A DNA stretch of 64,000 nt, from contig CAZWXQ010000003.1 of the NCBI GenBank assembly GCA_964637955.1, positions 31,154 through 95,153 of the forward strand, read 5' to 3'. This DNA is from an uncultured Gammaproteobacteria bacterium. Lineage in GTDB: Bacteria > Patescibacteriota > Microgenomatia > Levybacterales > UBA12049. A program made the translations under genes and the position numbers. Of this stretch, positions 19,601-28,780 are shown piece by piece. The notes beneath the pieces are model-generated. The model was not told the DNA's origin and did no database searches. It was given only the letters and a program-made list of their open reading frames with translations. Every line of letters begins with the position of its first letter. The first letter of the stretch is position 1.

Positions 19601-21909
19601 CGAGCATGTTCTAATACAAATTTTACATACGGATGATTTAGACTCATTCCCATTTCTTCAGGAAGCCAAATTTTTATCTCTTTTTCAATATATTCACCGT
19701 TAACTTCTTCATGAACTATGAAATCTTCGTTTTTACCGGAAAATGGATTGTCCATGTATTGTTCTTTTAATTTGGAAAATGAATCGTAAAGCGTATATTT
19801 TAATTCGGTAGTTGGTAAAGTTGAAGTTTCAGCATAAGCATATTCATAGCGCTCAGAAAATAAAGCTTTTATTACTGGTTTCCACTTATCCGGATCCTGC
19901 TGAAGAAGAATACCAAGACGATTTATTAAAGCAGTTGCTGCTTCGCTTCCAATTGGCATGTGTTCTGCATCCAGTTGACCACCTATGAGTTGGTTTGGGA
20001 TAGCCAAAAGAAAAGGAAATTGCATGATCAAGTCTCCTAAATCTTCAGGTGTCGTAATGTTTTGTATCCTATCTATTGCAGGTTTTTCAAATGCTTTTTG
20101 CTCAAGCATTCTATCGTAAGAGGCATCAAAGAAAACTCTTCTTTTCGCTTCAAGATTATCTTTAATATTATATTCTTCCCATCCATAAAAATCTTTCAAC
20201 GCGTCATATGAGCCTATAATTTTACCCTCAACGTCTTGCATTATTTTAGGAAATCCGGCTTCCATATACCTAAACTCTCCTGCTCGTTCACTTGTGATTG
20301 GATTATGTGTAGGAAGTGTCGCTAAGCGCGGATCAGAAATGCCTAAAACTATAAGTGTGTTAGCGATCGTGGTTTGATTTGTAGAGTTATATTCCTCTAG
20401 TGCCTTGTTTACTAATCCATCCCAAGGTGGTGTAATTCCTTCTGGTTCTGGTTTTCCAGCAAGACGTGCATCATGTCTTTTTTTCCATATTTCAAATACT
20501 TCGCCTTTCATATAGGTGCCATATGTAGGTAAATAAGGCATTTCTCCAAAGTCGAATAAATTAAGTAATCCGCGGTGCTCCGGATGTACACGACTTAAGG
20601 ATTCTGTAAGTTTTCTAGCTTGATCTATAACATCAGGCAGTTCCAGTCTTTCTTTTTGGGTTCCTGCCAAATCTTGAAATTCATCAAATGCTTCTTTTAT
20701 TTCTCCCAATATTCCCATACTTGGTGCTTTTATTTCTCCATGATGTTCAAAATATCCAGATTCACGAAAAATATCTGTTTTCGGAAGATTTGAAACTAAT
20801 GGCATCGGATTTATAGGTATATCTGAGGTAAATATTTTATCGAATAGTGGAATGGCGTCTTTTGGAGAATATTGAATCTCTTTGTGCTTTGTATCAAAAC
20901 AGGATTGTAGAATATCATTTATTTTTCTTGCTCTTTTAAGTCGTGCTAATTGTCCAAGTTTTGTTCCACTGGTATCTATCCATTTATCCAGATTTTTTGA
21001 AATAAATTTAATTTTTCTTTTGGTTACGGTAGAGGTTTCTATTCCACCTTCAACATAAGGATGAGTTTCTAGGCCTGCTTTTTGAAAATCATTCTCAATA
21101 ACGTCAACATGTTGGAAATCTTCCACTATTGAAGCAATTTCCGAAGGAATTTGTGTGGGTTCTGCAGAAGGAATACTTTGAAAATCTTTTTGCTTACGGC
21201 GTAAATGCTGTGCGAGAATGCCTTCCGAATCCATGATAATTCGTTTTGAAAGTGAGGGACCTGGGTGAACATCAAAAAACTTGAAAAGTTCCCCAAATCT
21301 ATTAGGATCAGATATCAGATCGAATGCCTCTCTCAAGCCCGAATGCTGATAATCTGAGTAGTAAAGAAGAAATGTTGGTAGGCCATATGCTATGGCTTCT
21401 TCCATTTTTGTATTTTCATCAGAATCGAGTATATGGTGTGTAAGTTCATGTGCCATAACTCCTGCGATTAGATCTTCTCTCCCATCTTTTATAAATCTTT
21501 GAAGTAATTCTTTTGTAAAAAACATAGTAGGTGGATTTGATTCTCCTACAATTGAAGCATTAACGTTCCCGCGTTCGTCTGTGATATAGAAATTAAACTG
21601 TGGAATATCCTGGCCTCGGAGTAAATATTTTTTCGCGAAATCAGAGCTAAGTAGTCTGGTAGCGACTCCTTGCATATAAGCGGTAAATACTTGTTGTTGT
21701 GGACTCTCGACATTAAATCTATCAACACCTGTTGGGGTAGCTATTTGAAAAGCTTCTACGGCATTTGTGGAAATAATTCCTTGTCTAAGTTCGCCCAAGA
21801 ACTGCGTATTTGCTTCATCGCGACTGAGGAATGAAGAAAATTGTCCTTTAGCTTCCGAGTTAACAAGAGCTATATTATCTATTCTTAGATTACTTACTAA
21901 TTCTGTCAT
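16651..21909 (-). CDS. Giant protein (1752 aa) with N-terminal HExxH zinc-metallopeptidase-like module
   Basis: Uninterrupted 5.26-kb ORF. Residues ~115-160 read NASIVGE...ELLQRF...REDLIAGVMAHELTHHILD, resembling the M48/M56-type active-site context. The remaining ~1550 aa have no recognised motifs. Confidence 0.8.
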   Translation of the reverse strand: MTELVSNLRIDNIALVNSEAKGQFSSFLSRDEANTQFLGELRQGIISTNAVEAFQIATPTGVDRFNVESPQQQVFTAYMQGVATRLLSSDFAKKYLLRGQDIPQFNFYITDERGNVNASIVGESNPPTMFFTKELLQRFIKDGREDLIAGVMAHELTHHILDSDENTKMEEAIAYGLPTFLLYYSDYQHSGLREAFDLISDPNRFGELFKFFDVHPGPSLSKRIIMDSEGILAQHLRRKQKDFQSIPSAEPTQIPSEIASIVEDFQHVDVIENDFQKAGLETHPYVEGGIETSTVTKRKIKFISKNLDKWIDTSGTKLGQLARLKRARKINDILQSCFDTKHKEIQYSPKDAIPLFDKIFTSDIPINPMPLVSNLPKTDIFRESGYFEHHGEIKAPSMGILGEIKEAFDEFQDLAGTQKERLELPDVIDQARKLTESLSRVHPEHRGLLNLFDFGEMPYLPTYGTYMKGEVFEIWKKRHDARLAGKPEPEGITPPWDGLVNKALEEYNSTNQTTIANTLIVLGISDPRLATLPTHNPITSERAGEFRYMEAGFPKIMQDVEGKIIGSYDALKDFYGWEEYNIKDNLEAKRRVFFDASYDRMLEQKAFEKPAIDRIQNITTPEDLGDLIMQFPFLLAIPNQLIGGQLDAEHMPIGSEAATALINRLGILLQQDPDKWKPVIKALFSERYEYAYAETSTLPTTELKYTLYDSFSKLKEQYMDNPFSGKNEDFIVHEEVNGEYIEKEIKIWLPEEMGMSLNHPYVKFVLEHARGFSSDEDNILFEKEEALSLLDRAVVLEIRKPNGEDIIPPIALDPQIYFKFIGADGFSKSEDELTQRLIALRKLHPTIIREYDYKKTPGPEEWASRFLLLHARNEVFQFLENNSSSLSPEAFEECLKTVQSKVGKGTFETGDSFKAEITELLEQQFLRNVEIDLTSQNLEPLQIAKSYAIYEKHGFFQRHPSKRWDNGYDSLIIGQLKALQGDHVDSKLLRNFTETILYDCSVQSPELRKALVRGWGESIRREHGIDTTKAFSEMALHPELESYYTNITSIVDEVIEKTNQSGLLHEAMLQELAEALETQSALTHHIFEHSQQVGKTRLLKGSEGAKGPLAEFGLDFVVQDEGTRLKTIDLLTGKLTEQEMDDYIDLIDKRLEKARLDMERYGHSFDSPGWITAFMENPLDNVAAYATKDINFKDPQKRAEMKGRLRSAYDNFWNSSLESRAYYMNLLAFPTNVVRRSNRDEGEYEQLVDFVINKTLPFNEHEDLNSTFNRYTTFGRDLVMSYIKDSSEAEQRLLLSGLMVSAHTLGEVEERDETIIGKAIALTLKNMGPAGVKLAQAIHSYPDTPEPIRNGMEGVKGEANWPTRLQVFDSMEASIPPINGADNITLDGIAHVGKTLGAGAYQFTVRAKLTHPLNELDEVAVTLLRNHVYTFAQNEFKHIQDSLDTFIKRREAAGDTFNSTTIQAMNHVLDQASASSKLETDYDTGKKQAEFMHAQYDGLTVRTGEHTIAFQTVDWIDHGIVRKQTSHGDEVQAYKVASIAKGTPFNKFSQTATPEELKALGIALQATEDMMTLSGKHFDHDRHGDNFNILRVEEDLQIGDNTLRKGDFLVTHYDFGAVNLESPTSEEKAELGRILAITLQAALEGDEKDIKTVLIKNMTDSLGQDHHESNYLSAVLRGLLARGDFIRYLTKEDIQLAEMALFESGTVDQEILNSLMQTMMNQENLDLSSMMNFLSSEPSQVRIHSLPTKMQK

Positions 21910-22005
21910 GTTATATTTTGATTAACTTTCAAACAGTCATAATTAATAAGAATAATTTCGAGCATATATTTATTATACTTAAATTAAATATCTTATAAAC
22001 ACCTC

Positions 22006-22040
22006 TTGACAAAAATAAAATTAGCAGTACACTTAGTGTA
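22006..22040 (+). promoter_or_regulatory. Candidate sigma70-like promoter with overlapping palindrome upstream of pncA
   Basis: TTGACA (22006-22011), 16-nt spacer, then TACACT; inverted repeat TACAC-tta-GTGTA at 22028-22040. Lies in the divergent region between the giant ORF and pncA. Confidence 0.3.
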
Positions 22041-22111
22041 TTAAATACATTAAGGCAAATATTGCTAATTTAAAATTAGGTTTTCAAATTAAAAAAAAGG
22101 AGGTGAAAAAT

Positions 22112-22696
22112 ATGAATGAAATAAAAACAGCAGTAATAGGTGTTGATCCTCAGATTGATTTTTGTCCGGGCGGGACTCTTCCTGTAAAAGACGGAGATAA
22201 GGTTATGGAGCCTTTGAATCAAATGTTTGAATATGCAGCAAGAAACGGCTGGAAAACAGCTCTTTCTCGGGATTGGCATCCACTGACAACTGTGCATTTT
22301 GATAATTGGCCGATTCACTGTGTTGAAAATACACCGGGCGCTATGTTTCATCCGGATTTAAAAACAGATGGAATTAATGTTTTCTCCAAAGGAATGGCAA
22401 ACAGTGATGATGGATATTCTCCTTTTGAGGGAAGAGATTCAAATAATTCTACTTTAGATGAGTTTCTGGAAGGAGTAAAAAGACTATATATTGGTGGTTT
22501 GGCCACAGATTATTGTGTAAGGGCAGCAGTTTTAGATGCGATCAAAAGAGAATATGAAGTTTATTTGATTTTAGATGCTGTTCGTGCAGTAGATGTTAAT
22601 CCTGGAGATGGGGATAGAGCAATAGCAGAAATGATAGGAAAAGGAGCAAAGGTTACTACAGCTCATGAAGTTGTTTTATTTGGAGAGGGAGCATGA
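22112..22696 (+). CDS. pncA: Nicotinamidase/pyrazinamidase (isochorismatase family)
   Basis: VIGVDPQIDFCPGG and GGLATDYCVRAAVLDA (catalytic Cys) motifs. Perfect SD AAGGAGGTGA at 22097-22106, 8 nt before the ATG. Higher GC than its neighbours. Confidence 0.8.
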   Translation: MNEIKTAVIGVDPQIDFCPGGTLPVKDGDKVMEPLNQMFEYAARNGWKTALSRDWHPLTTVHFDNWPIHCVENTPGAMFHPDLKTDGINVFSKGMANSDDGYSPFEGRDSNNSTLDEFLEGVKRLYIGGLATDYCVRAAVLDAIKREYEVYLILDAVRAVDVNPGDGDRAIAEMIGKGAKVTTAHEVVLFGEGA

Positions 22697-23361
22697 ATCC
22701 CTTCTTCAAATAAATATTTTTCTTACTTTTATATGAAACAAAAAAATTATTTGTTTATATTAATGAAATATGACAAAAAATGCGTCAAAACTTTGTCGAT
22801 ATAAACATCGCACTTTAACAAATAAAGTAAAAGAAGAAGAAAATAAAATGACTACAAAAATACGTGGTTTCAGGTAGATCATCAATTCCATCTTGGATAA
22901 TGATCTATGCAAATTCATTATGGGATTGGCTGTTTTTCAGAATCCCAAATATGAATGTAGTGTATTCATTTATCAACAGGTAATCCTAAGGCATTTGCAG
23001 CTAGACTTCGTGAGCATATTGACGCTCTGCTCCTTGAAGACCAAGGATATCTATCTGAGTGAAAACTAAAATATCTATACATTGCTAGTTTTACATATTT
23101 ATTTCCTCGCCATCGAATTAAGAAAAGCTTGAATAGTAAATTAAAAAAACTATTGATAATTAATTAGTGCTCATTGCAATATAATGCCAGATATGAGTTC
23201 AAAAGAATCTGCAATCGTGCCATCAAAGTTAAATATAATTACTTTAATCACATTTAATTTTACATTAATAATTTTTAACACCTAAGAATTTCAGGATTAA
23301 AGCATTTTGAATAGAAAGTGTATTCGAAAAGTATAGAGCTCTGAGGTTTTATGATTTGATA

Positions 23362-23958
23362 TTACTTTGAGCCTGGTTTTATACGGTCAGCTTTTCTTGT
23401 GCTCCAAGAAAATGGTTTAATTTCACCAAGTGATCGCATCATTAAAAAAATTGATGCCCAAAGTGCTTCATCGGATTGAATTTCTGCTGACCATTGCTTG
23501 CCTTCTGTTTCAGAATAGTATGGAAATACGTGTCCTGTTGGGAAGCCTTCAAAATAAACATGTGAAAGTGGGTTTCCTGTATAGTCTGGATCTATTGGCG
23601 GAGTGGTATGAAATAATCCCTCGAAATCAGCTTCAATAGGGGTATCGCTTAATACTGACATTTTCCAGTCATGAAAATTATTTCGAAGAACTACCTTCAA
23701 ATCTTTATCAGGTCGTTTCAGCTGATATACAGGTAGCTCAATTGATTTGGAGCGATGAGTTGAGATTACAGTTGCAATATTTTCTCTCTGTTCGTAAGGA
23801 AGTCCGGCTCCAAAAACAGGCACAATTGTATCTCTCACAAACATGATTTGGTGATGCGCTGCTTCCCTTCCAAGCATCTCTTCACTTACGCGATGATTAT
23901 TAAACCATTCTTGTAGTGGAACTGGAACGCCGGTATGTACTGAGTCAGCTTCTAGCAT
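23362..23958 (-). CDS. Hypothetical protein (198 aa), compositionally atypical
   Basis: Single open frame in a higher-GC patch; no recognised motif. Confidence 0.5.
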   Translation of the reverse strand: MLEADSVHTGVPVPLQEWFNNHRVSEEMLGREAAHHQIMFVRDTIVPVFGAGLPYEQRENIATVISTHRSKSIELPVYQLKRPDKDLKVVLRNNFHDWKMSVLSDTPIEADFEGLFHTTPPIDPDYTGNPLSHVYFEGFPTGHVFPYYSETEGKQWSAEIQSDEALWASIFLMMRSLGEIKPFSWSTRKADRIKPGSK

Positions 23959-24053
23959 GATGGGCGAAGTATAACAAAAGGCATCAGTAATATCAACAGT
24001 GTTGCTATTTAGGCATATTTAAAAATTAATTATTAGCTTTAAGGAATAGGTAA

Positions 24054-25292
24054 TTATATTAAATCGGAAGCTTTTGCGCTTCCAAAAGGAATTATCATTT
24101 CACTCGGAAGCAGGCTGCCGTGATGAGCTTTGAATTTGAGTTTTTTCTCAGTATTATATTCGTACCAACATACATGTTGGCCTTTTGAAAGAATTAGGAT
24201 ATTTCCAAGTCTTTTAAGGAATTCTTCATGAGGAGTAAAGTTTCCAAAAAGTTTAGAAATATTTTCATCATTTAGCTTAAGGACTAAATATTTGTCTTTC
24301 AGCAGGTTCTCAAGATACGAAATAACTTCAGAAATTTTATCTGGTTGAATATGGAGAAATATGTCTCTCGGGCATCCAGTGGGTAGAATTGGGTTTCCTT
24401 TTGAGTTTAATTCGTATCTTTCGGTTATATAATCATGCTTATTAAGTAAGGTCACATTTTCTAAATCAATATTTTCAAGTCCATGATCTGCGGTAAAAAA
24501 TATGCCTACTTTTTTCGCAAGTTCTGGAGATAGTTTTTTTAGAAAATCTGTTTCCAGATGAAGAGAGAAGTTTTCGATTTCATTTTTTGCCTGCTCTGAC
24601 CAAACTCCATAGATATGTTCAGCTTTATCAATATTTGGCCAATAAACATAATAATAAGATTTAGAATCTGGATCCTGAAGATTTAAAATGAGTTGGGAAA
24701 GCATATCTTCTAGGCTCCTGCAGCCAATTACTCTGGCACCTTTAGAAATTGCTGATGTATAAATGCTCTCTTTTATTTCTTCAGGCAAAAAGATCTTTGA
24801 TTTAACTCCTACTTTCGACAGTTTTTCATAAATGGTTTTCCCGCCATAAATCAAAGATGAATCTTGTGGTAGATGGGTACTAATATTTGAAAATTCTGTA
24901 TTTACTGTTTTGTAAGGTAAGGATTCAATAATTTCTTCGATCGATGGCATATATAAATACCATTCGAAAAATCCATGTTCAATTGATGAAAGTCCTGTAT
25001 GAAGAGTTGAAATTGAGGCAGCCGTTGTAGCTGGAAAACAAGAAGTAATTTTATTTATTTTTCCTCTTTCTTTAAAAGTCTTAAAGAAATGGCTATTTGC
25101 AGTTTGATCTAGTATATTTTGACCAAATCCATCAATTAAAAATAGCACTAACTTAGAAGCGTCATTTATATTTGAAGTCATTTCTTTAGGAAGTGGAGAT
25201 CTTTCTGTTTTAACACCGAAATGCTCGAGAATAGAATAGGGGACATTTAACAAACATTTGTCTTTATCTACGTAAACAAAATCTTTGTCCAT
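24054..25292 (-). CDS. Alkaline-phosphatase-superfamily type I phosphodiesterase / nucleotide pyrophosphatase-like protein
   Basis: LFLIDGFGQN...FPATTAASISTLHTGL...HG and FTADHG metal-site motifs resembling the NPP/PglZ clan. Confidence 0.65.
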   Translation of the reverse strand: MDKDFVYVDKDKCLLNVPYSILEHFGVKTERSPLPKEMTSNINDASKLVLFLIDGFGQNILDQTANSHFFKTFKERGKINKITSCFPATTAASISTLHTGLSSIEHGFFEWYLYMPSIEEIIESLPYKTVNTEFSNISTHLPQDSSLIYGGKTIYEKLSKVGVKSKIFLPEEIKESIYTSAISKGARVIGCRSLEDMLSQLILNLQDPDSKSYYYVYWPNIDKAEHIYGVWSEQAKNEIENFSLHLETDFLKKLSPELAKKVGIFFTADHGLENIDLENVTLLNKHDYITERYELNSKGNPILPTGCPRDIFLHIQPDKISEVISYLENLLKDKYLVLKLNDENISKLFGNFTPHEEFLKRLGNILILSKGQHVCWYEYNTEKKLKFKAHHGSLLPSEMIIPFGSAKASDLI

Positions 25293-25436
25293 GCTCAGAT
25301 TTTATCAGGAAATCAGATTTAAGCAATATCGAGACTAAACTTATTTATTGGTAGTTGCATCGCGATAGAGCCTATTGGGTTAAATCGATTTGAGCTTAAT
25401 TTGTTAAACGCTGAAGGAAATATATTATTATTCCTA

Positions 25437-25673
25437 TTATAAGGCAAATGTTCCCAATACGGGAATGACTTTTTTTGCGAACTTTTTGGGAAGAAAAAGT
25501 TCAAAAAATGTTTTATCATCGCCATATCTTTCGTGGAGTTTTCCTAAAGGGCAATTTTTGTTGTTAAGAAATACAATAATTCCCTCTATTAAGACAGAAA
25601 TAATCGCGATGTATAAAAAATTACTTTGATTATTATTTATGACAGAGTAATAAATAAACAAAATACAAAACAA
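25437..25673 (-). CDS. Small membrane protein (DUF2784-like, NCPLGKLHE motif)
   Basis: 78 aa, two hydrophobic segments flanking a CPLxxLE motif. Confidence 0.4.
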   Translation of the reverse strand: MFCILFIYYSVINNNQSNFLYIAIISVLIEGIIVFLNNKNCPLGKLHERYGDDKTFFELFLPKKFAKKVIPVLGTFAL

Positions 25674-25850
25674 GAAATAGGTAGAGATAAAAAATGAACA
25701 ATTCTTAAGAGATAAGCAACAATGTTCATGTATATATTATAGCAAGTACTGTGTTGCCGGACCTGCATTGCATACTGCAGTTACTTGGTGAATTTGAAGC
25801 TTTTATACTTATAGGCATTGAAGCGTAATTACATGATATAATTCTGCGAT

Positions 25851-26501
25851 ATGTCCATAAACGAAAGTGCTATAGCTCATACTGAAGCATTTTTAGGAAG
25901 ACTTAAAGAAAGATCACAGCCAACAATTTATACAATTGAAGGAGTAGATATTATTGTAAATCCTGACGTATTCCCACCAGCTACAGATTCTAGGTTATTT
26001 GCAGCAAATATACACGTTAAACCTGGCGATAGAACGCTAGATCTTACTACAGGAGCAGGTACTTTTTCCATTATTGCTGGGATTCAAGGAGCTACAGGTA
26101 TTGCTGTTGACATTAATCCAGCTGCAGTATTGAATGCTAATCAGAATTTTGAAAAATATAATTTACAGATGAAAGCAATCGAGAGTGATCTATATAGTAA
26201 TGTTCCTACTGAAAAATTTGATTACCTATTTGCAAATGGACCTTTTATTGAAGGTCAAGTAAAACATCCGCTTGATTTTGCATCTTATGGCGCTAGAGCA
26301 TTTACTGAGGGACTGTTATCAGGAGCACGGGAAAGATTAAAGCCGGATGGTAAATTATTGACTGTGCTTGCTCAGTGGTCCGACATTGATTTTTTTGAAC
26401 GACAAGTAGTTCAAAATGGAATGGTTGCGCGTGTTACGGATACAAGAAGTAGTGATGATGGCGAGAGGAAATATATATTTTACGAAGTGACAATTAAATA
26501 A
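25851..26501 (+). CDS. Class I SAM-dependent methyltransferase (methyltransferase small domain, HemK/RsmC-like)
   Basis: Motif I DLTTGAGTFS, degenerate motif IV ANGPF. Higher GC than its neighbours. Confidence 0.65.
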   Translation: MSINESAIAHTEAFLGRLKERSQPTIYTIEGVDIIVNPDVFPPATDSRLFAANIHVKPGDRTLDLTTGAGTFSIIAGIQGATGIAVDINPAAVLNANQNFEKYNLQMKAIESDLYSNVPTEKFDYLFANGPFIEGQVKHPLDFASYGARAFTEGLLSGARERLKPDGKLLTVLAQWSDIDFFERQVVQNGMVARVTDTRSSDDGERKYIFYEVTIK

Positions 26502-26563
26502 TTCACTATTTTGATTTGCTTTTTCTGCGGGTCTGCACTGCAATTATTTATCGTAGTTAAAGC

Positions 26564-27382
26564 TTATTTTATCTCTCTTAGTATAGCCTCAATTATTTTA
26601 TTCTGATAATCAGGGAAAATTTGATCTACTATGTCAGGACTTACATCATTGACAATCCCTTTTATTATTTCGGGATTGAATTCTTGCCCAAAAAATAATC
26701 TGTGAACATCATCTCCATACCTTTCAATTAATTGACTATAAACATTAGCTGCAAGCATTTCTCGAGGATAGTATGCAAATTTTTTGTCTTTTTGAATTAA
26801 TGATAAGCTGTAATAATAAGCTCCTAATTCTTTAAAAACTAAGCTGTAATAAGGTGCCCCAGCATTGCTAAAAATAGAATCTAAATTTTCTGTCTGATAT
26901 AAATGTGTTAATTCATGCGAAAGAGTATTGATTATATTAGATTCTTCAATACCTTTTTTGGCATTTTTAAAACCTCTAAAGTTGATTGCAATATCTAATT
27001 TATTCTTAAGGCTTAATGAGTTCCACGTTTGCAAGTCGCTTGCTACCAAAACCAAATTACCATTATTAGCATAAAATGTGATCGCATTAGCAATATCGGT
27101 ATCACCGACTGTTAATGAATCATTGCTAAGCCAATTTTCGGTAAAAACTTCATGTGCAGATCGGTCCATAAATAAAAATCTTTCAGCTGCTTCATCATCT
27201 GCTAAAGTTGTAGGTATAAATTCTCCAAAATCAGAAATTAACCTTTGATTATATCTACCTATAACTGATTTTAACCTGGATGCTTCGCTTGGAGAAACAG
27301 AAGATACTTCGAGACGAAGTGTGTCAAGTTGATTAGAATCTAATGGCCCTGGGAAGTCTGGATTTTCAATCACAACGAACAA
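26564..27382 (-). CDS. Hypothetical protein with HExxH motif (SHELTHLYQ)
   Basis: 272-aa ORF (TTG start in the track). HELTH pentapeptide at aa 156-160, followed by ENLD and Y-rich segments as in the giant protein's N-terminal module. Confidence 0.5.
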   Translation of the reverse strand: MFVVIENPDFPGPLDSNQLDTLRLEVSSVSPSEASRLKSVIGRYNQRLISDFGEFIPTTLADDEAAERFLFMDRSAHEVFTENWLSNDSLTVGDTDIANAITFYANNGNLVLVASDLQTWNSLSLKNKLDIAINFRGFKNAKKGIEESNIINTLSHELTHLYQTENLDSIFSNAGAPYYSLVFKELGAYYYSLSLIQKDKKFAYYPREMLAANVYSQLIERYGDDVHRLFFGQEFNPEIIKGIVNDVSPDIVDQIFPDYQNKIIEAILREIK

Positions 27383-27771
27383 TTATACAGGGTGAATTGG
27401 AGCAAATCAACTATAGGACTATTTCTGCCGAACCTGCGCTTCTTTGCTATATTTCGCACTGCAGTGCTCAGATTCGAAAGTTGTCTTGGTATCATTTAAT
27501 TATTGCAGTAATTAAATATGATTTAATCACTCTATATTATATATTATTAAATGGAGGCTGAAATCAGCTGGATCTGGTTAATTATGTCGGAAATTATTAT
27601 CAGAAGAAGCTATTTCTTAATGAGCCTGCTTTGTGATGAATTTTCATTATTGAATGTACTATATCAAAATTATTATTGTATATTTGACATCTGTTAAATT
27701 TTCCCAATTACTTTTATTAATGTATAGTTTTTTATATCTTATATAAAATTTTTGTTATAATTAAATATCAA

Positions 27772-28245
27772 ATGAAATCCAATAAAATTAATGAAAAAAG
27801 AGTTAAATACTTCATAGTATTCTTGCTTAGCTTAACTGCCATATTGTTAATATCTATTTTAATTTTTGTATACAAGTTATCTCATGAAAGTCCTCCTGTG
27901 TTGTTTTCCTTTAATGATCCGGAAGCTAAGTATAAAATCGTAAAGATGGAAGGATGGGATAATATTTATGGAATTGAATATAAAACAACATCAAAAAATA
28001 ATATCAGCTATGATTGCCCAAATAAAATGGGAATTGATCTTGCTAGAGACTGCAAAAAAATAATAAACCAAGAATATACAGTAGCAATTGCAAGTAGTCC
28101 TGTAGATCTTTCTAGATATTTAAATAGAGAAGTAAAAGTGGATGGAAAATTCGTTTTTACGACTCAACAGTGCATTCAATCAAAATGCACTAAAAATTCA
28201 AATGGAATGATGGGTATAGATATTTTGTCAATTAATAATAAGTAG
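27772..28245 (+). CDS. Hypothetical secreted/anchored Cys-containing protein
   Basis: N-terminal TM/signal and six Cys in the C-terminal half. Confidence 0.5.
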   Translation: MKSNKINEKRVKYFIVFLLSLTAILLISILIFVYKLSHESPPVLFSFNDPEAKYKIVKMEGWDNIYGIEYKTTSKNNISYDCPNKMGIDLARDCKKIINQEYTVAIASSPVDLSRYLNREVKVDGKFVFTTQQCIQSKCTKNSNGMMGIDILSINNK

Positions 28246-28270
28246 AAAATTTTCTTTATTAAATACGATA

Positions 28271-28723
28271 ATGTATTATTCTAAACTTATAAAAAATCCA
28301 TTATTCTTTTCTTCTATTTGCACTTTTTGTTTATGCTTAATAATATTCCCAGGAATAATCACTTTTAGTATTTATTCTACCTTAGCTTTGAGCCTAATAT
28401 ATTTTTTTATATTTATATCGGGCATATTCATGAATTATTATATTTTTACAAAATTAAGTATTAATAAATCACCATTAAAATCAATTACTTACTATTTAAT
28501 TATTTTTATTTTAATAATAATCCTAGTGGGGTTTATTCTCAATTTTTTTCATGGCCAAAATTTAAAATACTATATTTATATTGGAGATTATCTGCGAGAC
28601 AGTTATGGAATAAATTGGTATTTTAAAGATTACACCGGCTGGATATTTTCTCAAATAATTTTGACCTCGCAAATAATAGTTTTTATATTATTTTGGATTA
28701 AATCAATGTTAGCTGAAAATTAA
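28271..28723 (+). CDS. Hypothetical polytopic membrane protein (150 aa)
   Basis: Four hydrophobic segments. Confidence 0.45.
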   Translation: MYYSKLIKNPLFFSSICTFCLCLIIFPGIITFSIYSTLALSLIYFFIFISGIFMNYYIFTKLSINKSPLKSITYYLIIFILIIILVGFILNFFHGQNLKYYIYIGDYLRDSYGINWYFKDYTGWIFSQIILTSQIIVFILFWIKSMLAEN

Positions 28724-28780
28724 ATTATATTTTAAAATTAACTTTTTGACTTTAGCTATAATTCATGTAATCATTTAAAT

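Noticed and set aside
24054-25292. BREX PglZ phosphatase (defence system component)
   Set aside because: The AP-superfamily motifs fit the generic type I phosphodiesterase/NPP pattern. The protein is only 412 aa, and no other BREX components (PglX methyltransferase, BrxC ATPase, BrxL) are adjacent.
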